Source: an uncultured virus (IMG/VR IMGVR_UViG_3300021959_000014) (taxonomy: Duplodnaviria > Heunggongvirae > Uroviricota > Caudoviricetes). From it: 64,000 nucleotides of DNA. Position numbers and translations under genes: made by a program. This document shows, piece by piece, positions 40,312 to 49,167 of this stretch. How positions within the stretch are numbered: the first letter of the stretch is position 1; each line of letters starts with the position of its first letter. The stretch is from the IMG/VR virus record IMGVR_UViG_3300021959_000014; one strand, written 5' to 3'. The notes beneath the pieces were generated by a model, which searched no databases, was not told the DNA's origin, and was given only the letters and a program-made list of their open reading frames with translations.

Positions 40312-42764
40312 TATTTTCTTTTTTTATTTTCTTGTAAAGTTCCATTAACTGTAGGTCTTGAGTATACCGTTTCTTTTTCTACTTCTCCTAGAGGATTTTG
40401 TGTTTCAATATCTTTCTGTGATATCATTTTTACTTTAGGTTGTGTTAGTCCTTTTGTGAATCCACCTTTAATTGCTGGTCTTAAGTCCTTATTAAATGCT
40501 TGCTCTATTGCAGGAGCTAAAAATCCTCCTACTTTTAGACCTTCTTCATTCCTAATATCACCTAAAGTGTCATATACTTTCTGAATCTTACTTCTTGTTT
40601 TATCGTAGTATGCTTCAATATCTGTTACAACATCTTGAAGATTTATAATTGATTGTTTCATTCCTTCATATCCTCCGTATGTTTCAGAGAAATCTGCTAA
40701 TGCATTTGTTGCAGCTTCATTTACTACCCCTTCTTCTAATACCTTAACAATTATAGATTTAATATTTTCTTTAACTACCTTCTCCTTGCCCATTGCTTTT
40801 TTAATAGCAGCATCTTTACTAGCCATATAATCATCTCCATCTACATCTCCATCTCCATCGTGATCTTTACCTTTAGCTTCTTCAAGATTTTCTACCATAA
40901 ATTGAGTTTCTAGGTATGTCAATACATCTTTTTTAGCAAACTCTACCATTCCTGGTTCTGTCATTGGACCCATTTTCCATTCTTCCCAAGCCTTGATTAG
41001 CATATTAACTCCTTTATCAAATAAAGGTCCCATACTCTCAACATATCCTCCAGTTTCGTAGTCGTTTTCAGTTACTACTTTACCTCCTTTAGTCTTTCTT
41101 CTTCTACCTTCGTTAATTGAATCATCTCCATGGAACAGTTGAGACTCTAATCCTGCTAGATTAAAATCATACTTATCAGCAATTGCTATCATCATTTCCA
41201 TAGCAGCATCTTTCTCGCTAACATCTCCATCTGTGGCGATATCTTGAATTCCTTGAACGCATAAATCAAATGCTCCTCGACTTTCCTGTATATCACTATC
41301 CTCTGCTACTACTTTTCTTACCTTATCAGCTCCTTCGTCCATTTCTCCTAAAGTTTTACGTACTGCTTGTCTAAACATCTTTAAGTGATCTAAAGCTCCT
41401 TTTTTATCTCCATCTTGTATGTAGTCTATAGCATTACCTAAATGTCCGTTTTCTCTATGGTAATTTACATCTTCAAAAGAGTCATAAAGTTTTTGCATTT
41501 TATCTAAAGGAGTACTTATTTTAAGTTTAAGCCCTGCTTTTAGCATTCCGTCGTAGTCAAAGTCTGTTGAAAATTTGTCTCCTAATTTATAAATTTTATC
41601 AATTGCTTTCATATCTGTATCTTTACCGTACTTAGCAATCTTTTTCATTTCATCATCAGTCATAGCTTCTGCTACAAATTGTGTTTTGGCTGCTTCAAGA
41701 TCTCCTTTATATAGGTTATCTACTACTTTTTTCCCTAAAATTTCTAAATCGCCGTTAGTTAGAGAATGAGGTCTATTAAAACCCTCTAAATATCCTCTAC
41801 CTATAGCTATTAAAGTTTCATCTGGATTGTCAGTATCTTCAGGCTCTAGTGTTAAATCTTCTGCTTCTTGCATGTAGTCCCCAGGCATTTCGTAATTTAC
41901 TGATAAGAACTCTTGAAAATTATCTAATGCATCTTGAGGTTCTTGATCTCTTGATTCAGGGTGTGTTGCGAAAAAGTCACCTATAATATCATCATCTATT
42001 AGACTTTTTCCTGTGTTGGGGTTAGAGTAGTACTTTATAATAAAATTTGCAATAGATTCTTCTTGATTACTTTCTTTGATATCTTCTACCATTACTAATC
42101 CTATATCTCTATAATCTATTTCTTCTTCTTGTCCATCTAGGTCAACAGCAAATACAGTATCGTCATGCCACATTGCAGCATTATCATCATTATTAGAATT
42201 AGGATTATAAATTATATATTCTTTTCCGTTACCGGTTTGAATACGAGCATCGTCTGCGTCACCTAATTTTTTCAGTAACTTTTCTTTGGTATAGTTTTCT
42301 TTTAAATCAGCTTTTTTCATGCCGTTAAAAGTATCTACTTTATTCTTATCAGTTGGTTCTACCATTTTATCGTGCTTATCAACTTTTGCTGATTCTCCTG
42401 CTAGTATGTTAAGGTAGTGCATTCTATCTTTTTCAAGGTTTTTGATTGCAATTTTCTCTGCTTTATCTTTATCCTCTTTGGTTACAGTAGCAGCCGAATC
42501 TACTCCAGCTTTTTCTAATTCAAAGTCTACCCCTCTTGTTAGGTCCTCTACCGAGTATTGAGATACTGGGCATTCGTACTCTAATGAAGCTTCTTTTTTA
42601 GCTTCAAAAAGAATCCCTTTACTTTTAAGGATTGATACTGTGTCTGGGAATCCGTTAAAGGGAGATAGGAATTGAGATAGCTCTCTCTTAGCATCTTTAA
42701 GGAATTGTTGTTTAGAGAATGTACCCTCTACAACTGCGTTATATTTTTCTTGTATTGTTTTCAT
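40311..42764 (-). CDS. Large modular protein (817 aa), putative protease-processed head polyprotein
   Basis: About 8 unrelated segments joined by LKE, MVE/IKE, MQE, VAE, MDE/VAE/IQE, INE/VTE, MVE/LEE, VKE/LEE/VNE; contains a DHDGDGDVD motif. Confidence 0.75.
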   Translation of the reverse strand: MKTIQEKYNAVVEGTFSKQQFLKDAKRELSQFLSPFNGFPDTVSILKSKGILFEAKKEASLEYECPVSQYSVEDLTRGVDFELEKAGVDSAATVTKEDKDKAEKIAIKNLEKDRMHYLNILAGESAKVDKHDKMVEPTDKNKVDTFNGMKKADLKENYTKEKLLKKLGDADDARIQTGNGKEYIIYNPNSNNDDNAAMWHDDTVFAVDLDGQEEEIDYRDIGLVMVEDIKESNQEESIANFIIKYYSNPNTGKSLIDDDIIGDFFATHPESRDQEPQDALDNFQEFLSVNYEMPGDYMQEAEDLTLEPEDTDNPDETLIAIGRGYLEGFNRPHSLTNGDLEILGKKVVDNLYKGDLEAAKTQFVAEAMTDDEMKKIAKYGKDTDMKAIDKIYKLGDKFSTDFDYDGMLKAGLKLKISTPLDKMQKLYDSFEDVNYHRENGHLGNAIDYIQDGDKKGALDHLKMFRQAVRKTLGEMDEGADKVRKVVAEDSDIQESRGAFDLCVQGIQDIATDGDVSEKDAAMEMMIAIADKYDFNLAGLESQLFHGDDSINEGRRRKTKGGKVVTENDYETGGYVESMGPLFDKGVNMLIKAWEEWKMGPMTEPGMVEFAKKDVLTYLETQFMVENLEEAKGKDHDGDGDVDGDDYMASKDAAIKKAMGKEKVVKENIKSIIVKVLEEGVVNEAATNALADFSETYGGYEGMKQSIINLQDVVTDIEAYYDKTRSKIQKVYDTLGDIRNEEGLKVGGFLAPAIEQAFNKDLRPAIKGGFTKGLTQPKVKMISQKDIETQNPLGEVEKETVYSRPTVNGTLQENKKRK

Positions 42765-42969
42765 CTAAGTAATCAAACATTTTAGTGTTATAAGGTCTTT
42801 TTTTATTTTTAACTTTTTTAAAACCTAGCTTTTCAGCTTGCTTTGTTGCTCTATTATCACCTTTCTTTTTACTAAAGGCAAATGGAGTTTGATACCCTCC
42901 TACTGCTGCTGAGGTGCTAAGTTCTTCTATTACTTCTTTTATAGCTTTTCTTATTGTGCTTTTTTTCAT
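42739..42969 (-). CDS. Small basic protein with leader MKKSTIRKAIKEVIEE
   Basis: 76 aa, ATGA-coupled; GGYQTPFAF motif then a Lys-rich tail. Confidence 0.7.
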   Translation of the reverse strand: MKKSTIRKAIKEVIEELSTSAAVGGYQTPFAFSKKKGDNRATKQAEKLGFKKVKNKKRPYNTKMFDYLDENNTRKI

Positions 42970-43820
42970 ACTGATTTCATCTCATTTACCAAATCATAAT
43001 ATTGCATAAGATTAACAAGGTGGTTATCTGTAATTTTTTCTGTCTTAGTTAAAGTCTTTATTGATTTAACTACTTCCTCTAATTTTATCCTTACTACTTC
43101 GTCCTTTACTTTAGAAGATAGTTCACTAATAAGCTCTTTAATTTTTACTATCTCTTCATTAACTATGTTTCTAAGTCTAGTAGTTGAGTCAACTGAGGTT
43201 ATAAACTCTTTAAGTATGTATTTCTGTTCTGGTAGTAAATCTTTATAGTTGGAATTAAATTTCTCTAAAAGAATTTTATATGTAAGTAGTCTTAAATCCT
43301 TATCGTATTTAGCATACTCTTCAATAAGTGTATCTTTTACTGCATCTTTATCTACTTTAGAAGAAGTTAGGTGCTCTAGAATAGTAAGTTTATTATTAAT
43401 TAAAAATTCTGGTGCAACTAATGTGCTAGAATTTTGTGCTTCTAATAAACAGTACATAGCTGCTAGTGCTTTATAATCTCTAACTTGTATACCGAAGAAC
43501 TCTTCAATATTATAATGTTTCTTAACTTCTGAGATTAATCTATACTTCTGTTCTTTTAGTGCCTTTTGATTTAGCTTTCTAGAAATTTCAGTGATAGTTG
43601 ATAAAACTGTTTCAGCTTTTACTTCAACTAAATTAGTATTTTTAAGTATATACTCATAAAGTTTCAATTCTTTGGCTAGTGTAGAGCTACCTGCAAAAAA
43701 CTCTTTGAGTATACCTAAAGCTGGTGATTCACTTTTTGACAAAGTGTCTGCTGCTATCTGCTTTACTAATAGTTCGTAAATCAGGCCGGTATTTTTAAAC
43801 TTTGAATGTTTTATCTTCAT
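42966..43820 (-). CDS. Helical protein downstream of the portal (probable prohead core component)
   Basis: 284-aa all-helical ORF with its own TATTTAT motif, located between portal and protease; function by synteny only. Confidence 0.7.
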   Translation of the reverse strand: MKIKHSKFKNTGLIYELLVKQIAADTLSKSESPALGILKEFFAGSSTLAKELKLYEYILKNTNLVEVKAETVLSTITEISRKLNQKALKEQKYRLISEVKKHYNIEEFFGIQVRDYKALAAMYCLLEAQNSSTLVAPEFLINNKLTILEHLTSSKVDKDAVKDTLIEEYAKYDKDLRLLTYKILLEKFNSNYKDLLPEQKYILKEFITSVDSTTRLRNIVNEEIVKIKELISELSSKVKDEVVRIKLEEVVKSIKTLTKTEKITDNHLVNLMQYYDLVNEMKSV

Positions 43821-43838
43821 AATGTACGGTTCCTATAT

Positions 43839-43846
43839 ATAAATAT
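43839..43846 (-). promoter_or_regulatory. Putative late promoter ATATTTAT
   Basis: About 19 nt upstream of ATG 43820. Confidence 0.6.
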
Positions 43847-43849
43847 GGG

Positions 43850-45739
43850 CTAGTTATCTAAATCTTTAAGTTGATTCTCGTCTAATAGTTTAGACTCATC
43901 TTTATTTTTTGTTTCATATACCATTTCTTTATCTTGTTTAAATGAATCTTTTATTTGATGGTATACTTTCTGTGTAAGAAGGTTGTTAGATTCCATTACG
44001 TTTTCATTATCTGAGTCATACCCTCCATGCATTCCATGTACTCCTAATCTGTCTCTACCTCCTAATGGGTCATTATTAGTTCCGTAAACGGACATTTTTT
44101 CTCTTGGTCTTCCTCCTTCAGGTCCTATTTCGCTATACCCTGGAGGTACTTCTCCTGGGCCGTTTCCTTTTTCTGTTGATGTTGCTCTTCTACCGTACAT
44201 AGATGCTAAGTCATGAGGAGTACCGTAAGAACGTCCAGATTTAGCTGGATCGTTTCCTTCTGCTTCTAATTGACCTAATCTAAAGATTCGTTTAGAGTCT
44301 TCTCTTACTAGATCTCTCATTTCGTTGTACTTATCTTCTGATAGGTTAAATATACTATCGTATATATAATCTGTTGAAAATAGTTTAGAGTCTTTCATTT
44401 GATTAGCTAAATCAACCTTCTCTTTAAGCAGTGCTACTTTTTCTTGTTCAAATATAATAGACGGATTAGTTAAAGATATTTCAAAGTTTGTTAAACTTTC
44501 TCCAGTAAATCCTTGTGTATATAAATGTACTAACGCAATCTTAGTTAATTCAGATTCTAATATTCTCTGTATTCTTTCTACAGTCCGAGCAAATCTTATA
44601 TCTTCTGCTGCTAAAGTAGCTTTTCCTTGTAAATCCCCTTCATATCCAAAATATGCTTTAGGTACCTTAAGAGCGGCGAACATTTTAGACTGTAAGTAGT
44701 CTATATCGTTTGTTCCATCATAATCCAGTCCTTTAGTTGTTTCTATTCTAGTAGAAGCATCCCCTCCCCTTACAGGAACGTAGAAGTCTTCCATCATATT
44801 CTGCATATTGAACTTTAAATTATACTGACCTGTTTTAGGGTCAACATAAGGTGTTTTCTTCATTGTGTTGATAGTCTTTTGCATAAACTGATCAACTTCT
44901 GCAGGAGGTATAGAACCTACGTTTACAAAGAAAGTTCTCTTTTCTGGTGCTCTCATTATACGATGTATTAACATCGCATCTTCCATTAATGTAAGTTGTT
45001 TAAATATTTTTCTAGCTGGTTCGATGTATGATCTACCATAAGGAAGGTAGTTAGTATCTGATAGTAACCTAAAGTGAGCTACTTCATAATTGTCTAATAC
45101 TATCGCATTACTGTCTCTTTTAGGAACGTATGTAGGTTCATTTGAAGCCATAATACCGTCTGGGTCTATTGCGAATTGAACTTTTCCTGGGTCTTCCGGA
45201 TCCAATCCTTCGTATCTTGCCATATTATAGACTGTATAAGGAAGGACGTTGTATACTCCAAATGTTTCAGCAACTTCTAGTTTTAGGAAAAAGTCTCCAT
45301 ATTTACACATGTTTCTAGTCCATGACCATAAGTTAAATTCTATATTTAGTACATCGTAGAATAGATTATAAAGAACTCTTTGTAGATTTTCATCTGATGA
45401 TTTAATTGATAGAACTTCTCCTTGATCGCTTTTAAGTGTTGCTTCATCTGCTAAAATATCTAACGCTGATGCAATTATAGGATCAGTATCCATTGCTTCG
45501 TAATCAGAGTATAACTGTACTCTTAGAGTCTGGTAATTTAGATTTGGATTGTATATATTTTTATTGTTATATATGTGCAACCTACTAAATCTATCAACTA
45601 GTGAGTTTGTTTCAAAATTTCCTGTTGTTTGAATCTTGTTTATATCAGCAACCTTAAGCTGGTCGCCACCTACATTTCTTATTATTACGTCCGAGGAGAA
45701 GAGAGTTCTTAATCTCCCAAATAGAGAAGTATCAGCCAT
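43850..45739 (-). CDS. gp20: Portal protein, T4 gp20-like
   Basis: QLTLMEDAMLIHRIMRAPEKRTFFVNVG..P, MMEDFYVPVRG, DIDY...K.F.ALKVP, EDIRFAR. Confidence 0.95.
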   Translation of the reverse strand: MADTSLFGRLRTLFSSDVIIRNVGGDQLKVADINKIQTTGNFETNSLVDRFSRLHIYNNKNIYNPNLNYQTLRVQLYSDYEAMDTDPIIASALDILADEATLKSDQGEVLSIKSSDENLQRVLYNLFYDVLNIEFNLWSWTRNMCKYGDFFLKLEVAETFGVYNVLPYTVYNMARYEGLDPEDPGKVQFAIDPDGIMASNEPTYVPKRDSNAIVLDNYEVAHFRLLSDTNYLPYGRSYIEPARKIFKQLTLMEDAMLIHRIMRAPEKRTFFVNVGSIPPAEVDQFMQKTINTMKKTPYVDPKTGQYNLKFNMQNMMEDFYVPVRGGDASTRIETTKGLDYDGTNDIDYLQSKMFAALKVPKAYFGYEGDLQGKATLAAEDIRFARTVERIQRILESELTKIALVHLYTQGFTGESLTNFEISLTNPSIIFEQEKVALLKEKVDLANQMKDSKLFSTDYIYDSIFNLSEDKYNEMRDLVREDSKRIFRLGQLEAEGNDPAKSGRSYGTPHDLASMYGRRATSTEKGNGPGEVPPGYSEIGPEGGRPREKMSVYGTNNDPLGGRDRLGVHGMHGGYDSDNENVMESNNLLTQKVYHQIKDSFKQDKEMVYETKNKDESKLLDENQLKDLDN

Positions 45740-45768
45740 TAATGCTCTGTTTTATTAGTATCTATATT

Positions 45769-45776
45769 ATAAATAG
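45769..45776 (-). promoter_or_regulatory. Putative late promoter CTATTTAT
   Basis: About 30 nt upstream of the portal ATG. Confidence 0.6.
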
Positions 45777-45781
45777 CTCGT

Positions 45782-47353
45782 TTAAAGTAACCAAGAAATA
45801 TCTTCGGGTCCATAGCCATTATCTACAATATACGGATTATTTTGCTGGTTTCCAACTGATCTCATGACTCCTTTGTTTTGAGCGTTTAAATTTTGGAATG
45901 ATGATAGTTGAGCTCTGGCTAGATCCATTCCTTGCTGTCTTAACCTTAGTGCTGTATCTCTTACATAAAGTGCTGTAGCACATGCTATAAGTAAGTCATC
46001 ATTGTAATTAATTTGTGCTTGTGGTTTACCATTTTTCCATACAAAGACTCTCATCTCACCTATTAACCTTTTAGACTGTATTGTAACTCCTTTTTCTCTG
46101 ATGTATTCAATCATCTTAGCTATTACTAATGGTCTAGTTCTTACCGACATTGTAAACCCGGGTACTAGTTTATCTCTTTCGTACTTAGTCATGTAGGACT
46201 CTACTGTTTCCATTTGTGATTTAGAGCTGTAGTATAGGTTTTTATATTCTCTTTCTAGTATCTGTTCTATTGTAGCCCAACCTATGTTAGCGTTTTCTAC
46301 TACTAATAGAGCATCGTTGAATTCTGATGCTATACCTACTAGTACGTTTCCGTAATCTTTAGGTGAAAGTTTACCTTTATATTCTCCTACTTGTACACAG
46401 TTTTCAATATCAAATATATGAAATGCAGAATAATCTGCAGAGTCTCCTCTCGCAACATCTGCTACTACCATATAGGTTTTAGAGTAATCTACTCCTTCCC
46501 ATATCCATAAATTACCGTCGACTCCTCTTTTTTCCAGTGGATCTTTTTGGTATGTTTGTTCGTAAAATAACATATCATCAGGTTCAAATACTGTATCCCC
46601 AGATGCCAAGAAATCACAATCACATTCCTGTCCTGCCATTCTTGCTCCTAGATCTGCATCTTGCTGTATTCTCCACTCCTCATTCCTTTCAGGGTGAACT
46701 GTCCAAGGTAGTCTAATAGGTACAAAACTGTTTTCTCCTGATTCAGCTTTATCCCATGTTTGATGAAACCAGTTACCTATTCCGTTAGGAGTTGATAATG
46801 CCATACACTGTCCACCTGTTGCTAAGGTTTGTTGTGCTGCTGTAAACGTTTCTTGAATGTTGTCAATAAAGGCTGCCTCATCGATAAGCAGTAGTGATAC
46901 TGCCTCTGACCTTGCAGCATCGGCGTTAGAAGATTTAGCTGTAATTTTTGATCCATTCTTCAGTCTTAAAGATAGTTTATTTTTCTCTAAAGCAGGTAGC
47001 TTCAACCATTTTGGCAATTGATCATACATAAACATAGTTTTAGAAACTAAGTTTCTTGCAGTAGCTTGAGTTGTTGCTAGAGCAAGTACGTTCTTATCTT
47101 TATGAAATAACATAAGCCACAGAGAGTAACCTGCTGCTAGGGTAGATATACCTAACTGTCTAGACTTAAGAGTAATTAAGTATTGATGATCTCTAAATAA
47201 ATGTAATACTTTGTCCTGAAATGGGTATAGGTTAAATAAGATACGTCCTCTAGTAGGGTGCTGTATATAACAATATTTCCGCATAAAGTATGCTGGATCT
47301 TTAGCACACTTGATATACTCTTGTGCTATTATTTTTTTTATGTCTTTTGCCAT
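45782..47353 (-). CDS. terL: Terminase large subunit, T4 gp17-like
   Basis: LYPFQ, KSRQLGIST (Walker A), LLLIDEAAF (Walker B), STPNG, ADVARG..DYS, DDL nuclease acidic residues. Confidence 0.95.
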   Translation of the reverse strand: MAKDIKKIIAQEYIKCAKDPAYFMRKYCYIQHPTRGRILFNLYPFQDKVLHLFRDHQYLITLKSRQLGISTLAAGYSLWLMLFHKDKNVLALATTQATARNLVSKTMFMYDQLPKWLKLPALEKNKLSLRLKNGSKITAKSSNADAARSEAVSLLLIDEAAFIDNIQETFTAAQQTLATGGQCMALSTPNGIGNWFHQTWDKAESGENSFVPIRLPWTVHPERNEEWRIQQDADLGARMAGQECDCDFLASGDTVFEPDDMLFYEQTYQKDPLEKRGVDGNLWIWEGVDYSKTYMVVADVARGDSADYSAFHIFDIENCVQVGEYKGKLSPKDYGNVLVGIASEFNDALLVVENANIGWATIEQILEREYKNLYYSSKSQMETVESYMTKYERDKLVPGFTMSVRTRPLVIAKMIEYIREKGVTIQSKRLIGEMRVFVWKNGKPQAQINYNDDLLIACATALYVRDTALRLRQQGMDLARAQLSSFQNLNAQNKGVMRSVGNQQNNPYIVDNGYGPEDISWLL

Positions 47354-47355
47354 AA

Positions 47356-48756
47356 CTACATTACTTTTAGGTACACAGCAGAAATAGAGCTTCTTGAACC
47401 AGCATAATTTACTATGTCTGTTAATGCTGCTTCTACTTTATCCTTGCTACCTGTTTTTAAAACCTTTGCTACTTTTAATGCTTGGTACTTTGAATTTAAC
47501 CAATCAGTAGTTTTTGAATTTAATTCTTCTTCAGTTATACTGAAGTATTCATTACATAATTCGAGTAATTCGTTAACAAATGAGGGTGTGTACTCTATAG
47601 CTAACTTAGCAGATTCTTTCTGAGTTGGTATAGGTCCTAATCCTTGTTTATCTAAAAACGTTTTGAGTACACCTCCACCTATTTTTCCTTGAGCGGCAGT
47701 TTTACCTTTCAATTCTCCTTGAAACGAATTACCACCGGTTGTTCTAAGTTGTAATATTTTTCCTGATTTAGTGTTTACATAAGCATCTTTAGAACCGCCT
47801 GAAGAAATTATACTATCTAAAACTTCTATTTCTGAAACTCTTTCTTTATTTACTGTTTTTACAGTTGGAGATTTACCAAGTTTCTTTAGCGAAATACCTA
47901 TTAAAGTTCTACTATTGAATAAATCTAACAGTTGGTTGTTATATTCTTCTAATGTTTCACTATCTAATTTAATATTTTTTCCTGTTGGTTTTACTGCCCA
48001 AATATCCGATGGATTCCATTTATCATCTTTGATACTCCATTTATTTTTTTTCTTTATTTTTTTCCACACTTCGTATATAGAATCTACAAATGATGAACCT
48101 CGATGGAATTCGTACCCTTTATCTAAATAGCCAGATAATAAAGAAGCTGTGTTAACAAATGTAGAAGCCCAGCCGGGAGAATTAGTAATATAATCTACTA
48201 TTTCCTCTACGCTTGATGTAGTCTCTATATCTTTGGAAATACTTTTTATATTTTCTGAGGTAAGATCTTTCTCTTCTAATTTGCCTTGTTTCTGGTATAA
48301 AGCTAAAACTGCACACATACTTGATTCTTGTATATCTGTTTGTGCTGATCCTGCTCCAGATCCTGCTCCACCTCCAAAATCTGCTGATTTTGCTAATTTA
48401 GATGTTGTAATAGAATTTCCTTCTCTGTTAAAAAGAGTCACTGCCTTTTTAGATACATCCCATTTTTCTAATTCACTTACTTTTTCACCTCTTGGATCAT
48501 ATACTAAAAAAGTATCTTCTGAATCATCTATAGCTAGAGGTTCTTTGTTCTTAATTTTTCTTATTAGTATATCAATTCTATTTTCTTTTGTATTAGAATT
48601 TACTTTATCTAATTCAGCTGGTGTAAGAGGTGTTTCATTAAGGTTAAAACCGAATATAGATTCAAACAAATCCATATCCTCTTGACTGTTAATGTCAGGA
48701 TACCCTTTTTTGGTCTTATAGGACCATTCTAATAAAACTTTATCTATAAGATTCAT
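47356..48756 (-). CDS. Putative PD-(D/E)XK restriction-endonuclease-like protein with an N-terminal LLEWSY..GYPD leader
   Basis: QES..., DKWNPSDIW and LIGISLKK spaced like a PD...(D/E/S)xK active site; leader ends FNLNE. Confidence 0.55.
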   Translation of the reverse strand: MNLIDKVLLEWSYKTKKGYPDINSQEDMDLFESIFGFNLNETPLTPAELDKVNSNTKENRIDILIRKIKNKEPLAIDDSEDTFLVYDPRGEKVSELEKWDVSKKAVTLFNREGNSITTSKLAKSADFGGGAGSGAGSAQTDIQESSMCAVLALYQKQGKLEEKDLTSENIKSISKDIETTSSVEEIVDYITNSPGWASTFVNTASLLSGYLDKGYEFHRGSSFVDSIYEVWKKIKKKNKWSIKDDKWNPSDIWAVKPTGKNIKLDSETLEEYNNQLLDLFNSRTLIGISLKKLGKSPTVKTVNKERVSEIEVLDSIISSGGSKDAYVNTKSGKILQLRTTGGNSFQGELKGKTAAQGKIGGGVLKTFLDKQGLGPIPTQKESAKLAIEYTPSFVNELLELCNEYFSITEEELNSKTTDWLNSKYQALKVAKVLKTGSKDKVEAALTDIVNYAGSRSSISAVYLKVM

Positions 48757-48775
48757 TCTATGCTAGTTACTATTA

Positions 48776-49138
48776 CTATGCTTTTTCTCCTCCTGAGATT
48801 TCTTCATTCCAAGCTTTCATCCAGTCGTTAACAAATTGTTCTAATTCTTGACCTTCAAGTTCAACAACGTATTTACCTATTCTATGTCCTTCGTCTTTAG
48901 CTTGTTCTTTATTTAACTCGGCAGCATTTTTATAGTTCTTCAGTGAGTAAGGTTCAGGGATCTGGTAGCCTGCTTTAACTTGCAGTTTGTAAGATTCGTA
49001 CCCGTTATCGCTATAATTTTTACCTCCTTTATCAAGGTCCGGTACTAGATCTAACGCTTCTTCATCACTATGATCTTGGTTTTCAATAACTGTTTTTTTA
49101 TTTTCAGCTAAAAATTTTCTTAAGTCAAAATTGTCCAT
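48776..49138 (-). CDS. Small protein with MDNFDLRKFLAE leader
   Basis: 120 aa; leader resembles that of 39685..40311. Confidence 0.7.
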   Translation of the reverse strand: MDNFDLRKFLAENKKTVIENQDHSDEEALDLVPDLDKGGKNYSDNGYESYKLQVKAGYQIPEPYSLKNYKNAAELNKEQAKDEGHRIGKYVVELEGQELEQFVNDWMKAWNEEISGGEKA

Positions 49139-49167
49139 TGTATTTGTTTTATTTTTTTATTTTTTTA

